DNA of 16,629 nucleotides from a candidate division WOR-3 bacterium (lineage in GTDB: Bacteria > Hydrothermota > Tepidihabitantia > Tepidihabitantales > Tepidihabitantaceae). The notes beneath the pieces were generated by a model. That model was not told the origin of the DNA, did no database searches, and worked only from the letters and a program-made list of their open reading frames with translations. The DNA lies in contig JBBISL010000009.1 of the NCBI GenBank assembly GCA_037441285.1, positions 1 to 16,629 on the forward strand. Reading direction: 5' to 3'. Positions 14,253-16,629 of this stretch are shown in pieces (the first letter of the stretch is position 1; each line of letters begins with the position of its first letter). The translations under genes and the position numbers were made by a program.

Positions 14253-16529
14253 TTGAGGTTAACGGTTAGGCGCGGACCGTATCTGTTTAAGAAGATAGCG
14301 TTTATCGGTACTTATCTGCCGCGGAAGTGCGGCATTGCGACCTTTACCTCAGACCTTTACCATTCAATAATTCAGGAGGCGCCGGAGTTGAATGGGCTGG
14401 TTGTGGCGCTGAACGATACGCCGGAAGGGTACCCTTATCCTGAAGAGGTAAAGTTCGAGGTCGCCCAGAACAATCAGGACTATTACCGGCAACTGGCCGA
14501 GTTTCTGAATATGACCCGGGTTGATTTGACCTGTCTGCAGCATGAGTACGGGATATTGGGCGGACCAAGCGGCGGCCATATTTTAGTGACGCTGCGCCGT
14601 TTGCGGATGCCGATTGTTACCACCCTGCACACAGTGCTTGCCGAGCCCAGTGAGCCGCAGCGGCAGGTTCTGGAGGAGGTTTGTCGGATTTCGGAACGGG
14701 TGGTGGTGATGAGTGAGCGGGCGGGGCATTTTTTGAAGGAGATTTATCAGGTGCCGGAGAAGAAGATTGATTTTATCCATCACGGGATTCCAGATATGCC
14801 GTTTGTTGACCCGAACTACTACAAGGATTTGTTTGGGGTGGAAGGGCGAAGGGTGATTCTTACCTTCGGGCTCCTCTTCCCCAACAAAGGTATTGAGTAT
14901 ATGATTGACGCCCTGCCGGCGATTGCCGCTCGGTTTCCTGATGTGGTGTATATCGTGCTGGGTGTTACCCATCCCCATGTGAAGCGGGAGCAGGGCGAGG
15001 AGTACCGGTTGCGGTTGCAACGCCGGGCGCGAGAGCAGGGGGTTGACCGAAATTTAATCTTTTACAACCAGTTTGTGACGCTGAAGGAGCTGTGCCAGTT
15101 TCTCGGTGCCGCCGACATCTATGTTACGCCCTATCTCAATCCAGCGCAGATTGTGTCCGGGACCCTTGCCTATTCAATGGGGGTTGGTAAGGCGGTGGTG
15201 TCAACCCCTTACTGGTATGCGGAGGAGATGCTGGCGGAAGGCAGGGGCAGTTTGGTGCCGTTTCGGGATGCCAAGGCGCTGGCAGCGACAATTGTCGAGC
15301 TGTTTGAGAACGAAACCGAGCGTCATATGATGCGCAAGCGGGCTTACGCCTTTGGCCGAACGATGGTCTGGAAGGAGGTTGCGCGTGGCTATCTGAACTC
15401 TTTTCAGCGCGCCGCGGAGGAGCGGATGCGGGCGCCGCTGGCAGTGGTACCAATCCAGGGCAGTGCCGACCCGCTGGACATTGACCTGCCGGACTTGAAT
15501 CTGAATCATCTGTTGACTTTGACCGACGACACCGGGATTCTGCAGCATGCCCGGCGCACCGTGCCCAATCTTGCCGAAGGTTACACAACGGACGACAACG
15601 CCCGGGCGCTTTTGATGGTGCTCAGGGCGCAGGAGGTGGAGACGGACAAACCTTTTCTCAATCGGCTGGTCCGGCGCTATCTGGCGTTTATCGACTTTGC
15701 ATTTAACCGGGACAATGGGAGGTTTCGGAATATCCTGACCTATGAGCGGCGCTGGGCTGAAGAGGCGGGTTCAGAAGACAGCCAGGGTCGGGCGCTGTGG
15801 GCACTGGGTTATGCGGTAAGTTCGGCAAGTGAAGATGGGGTGGTGGCACTGGCGATGAATCTGTTTGCCTCGGGTCTGCCCGCGGTGGAGCTTTTTACCA
15901 GCCCCCGCGCCTGGACTTACACCCTGCTCGGGCTGTGTGCCTATAGCCGGCGTTTTCCTGGGGACAGTAATGCGCGGCGGTTTCGGGAGGTTCTTGCCGA
16001 ACGGCTGCTCGACTTATACAAGAGAAATGCAACCGAGGATTGGCGCTGGTTTCAGTCGAGACTTGCCTATGCGAACGCCCGGTTGAGTGAAGCGCTGATT
16101 GTGGCGGGCCGGGAACTGGGGAAAAAGGAGATGGTTGATGCCGGGCTGGAATCTTTGAGATGGTTGATGACGGTGCAGACCGCAGAGCCGGGGCACTTTG
16201 TACCGGTCGCTTATACCGGCTGGCAGCGGGAAACGCCGCGACTGCGCTTTGACCAGCGGCCGATTGAGGCGGAATGTACGGTGGAGGCTTGCTATCAGGC
16301 GTTTTTAAGCACCCGGGAGCCAAAGTGGCGCGAGGAGATGCGCCGGGCGTTTGAGTGGTATCTGGGGCGCAACGACCTTGGTTTACCAATTTACGATTAC
16401 ACCACGGGCGGTTGCCACGATGGGCTGCATCCCGACGGGGTCAACGGTAATGAAGGTGCCGAGGCGACGCTGTCGTTTATCGGTGCCCTGTTGACGATGC
16501 GGGCGGCGCAGGCAATGGAGGAAAGTTGA
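14253..16529 (+). CDS. GT4 family glycosyltransferase with C-terminal (alpha/alpha)-barrel glycosidase-like domain
   Basis: N-terminal IAFIG.Y.PR.CGIATF, QHEYGI.GG, TFGLL.PNKG.E, SGTLAY..G.G..VVSTPYW.A.E; C-terminal TDDTGI.QHA, GYTTDDNARAL, SED..GRA.WALG, GC.DGL. Start codon (TTG) uncertain. Confidence 0.88.
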   Translation: MRLTVRRGPYLFKKIAFIGTYLPRKCGIATFTSDLYHSIIQEAPELNGLVVALNDTPEGYPYPEEVKFEVAQNNQDYYRQLAEFLNMTRVDLTCLQHEYGILGGPSGGHILVTLRRLRMPIVTTLHTVLAEPSEPQRQVLEEVCRISERVVVMSERAGHFLKEIYQVPEKKIDFIHHGIPDMPFVDPNYYKDLFGVEGRRVILTFGLLFPNKGIEYMIDALPAIAARFPDVVYIVLGVTHPHVKREQGEEYRLRLQRRAREQGVDRNLIFYNQFVTLKELCQFLGAADIYVTPYLNPAQIVSGTLAYSMGVGKAVVSTPYWYAEEMLAEGRGSLVPFRDAKALAATIVELFENETERHMMRKRAYAFGRTMVWKEVARGYLNSFQRAAEERMRAPLAVVPIQGSADPLDIDLPDLNLNHLLTLTDDTGILQHARRTVPNLAEGYTTDDNARALLMVLRAQEVETDKPFLNRLVRRYLAFIDFAFNRDNGRFRNILTYERRWAEEAGSEDSQGRALWALGYAVSSASEDGVVALAMNLFASGLPAVELFTSPRAWTYTLLGLCAYSRRFPGDSNARRFREVLAERLLDLYKRNATEDWRWFQSRLAYANARLSEALIVAGRELGKKEMVDAGLESLRWLMTVQTAEPGHFVPVAYTGWQRETPRLRFDQRPIEAECTVEACYQAFLSTREPKWREEMRRAFEWYLGRNDLGLPIYDYTTGGCHDGLHPDGVNGNEGAEATLSFIGALLTMRAAQAMEES

Positions 16530-16629
16530 GACACATTGAACAGGACCGGCAGTTGTTACTACGGCGCTGGGGAAAGAACCCGATTCTGACCGCGGCGGAC
16601 TGGCCCTATACGGTGAATACCGTGTTCAA
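16526..16629 (+). CDS. Probable GH130-like glycosidase/mannoside phosphorylase (N-terminus only)
   Basis: Not in the ORF track. TTG 16526 overlaps the upstream stop (TTGA), SD GGAGG at 16517-16521; reads MRHIEQDRQLLLRRWGKNPILTAADWPYTVNTVF.., matching the R...NPIL...WPY....VFN start of GH130-type beta-propellers. Confidence 0.7.
   Translation, partial: MRHIEQDRQLLLRRWGKNPILTAADWPYTVNTVF

Overview
Bacterial chromosomal window, moderately GC-rich, with an AT-richer left end. Left to right: (1) a truncated minus-strand PD-(D/E)xK/NucS-like nuclease missing from the ORF track; (2) a divergent sigma70 promoter region; (3) a short leader with mutually exclusive aptamer-like and terminator hairpins, a likely Na+-sensing (DUF1646-type) ON riboswitch, ahead of a sodium:solute symporter carrying an apparently fused DUF3311/DUF997-like C-terminal module; (4) a convergent MarC gene; (5) a complete moxR-DUF58-membrane protein-batA-batB/C-batD-batE operon; (6) a gamma-carbonic-anhydrase-family gene divergent from a ribokinase-family kinase plus an FSA-type aldolase; (7) a GT4 glycosyltransferase with a C-terminal glycosidase-like domain, coupled to the start of a GH130-like gene. 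Less obvious signals: a dispersed 33-nt-unit repeat element, one copy of which appears inserted in frame (129 bp) into a signal peptide; three genes that look leaderless; and a terminator-like hairpin right after the nuclease promoter. All family assignments come from motif recognition by eye; no searches were run.
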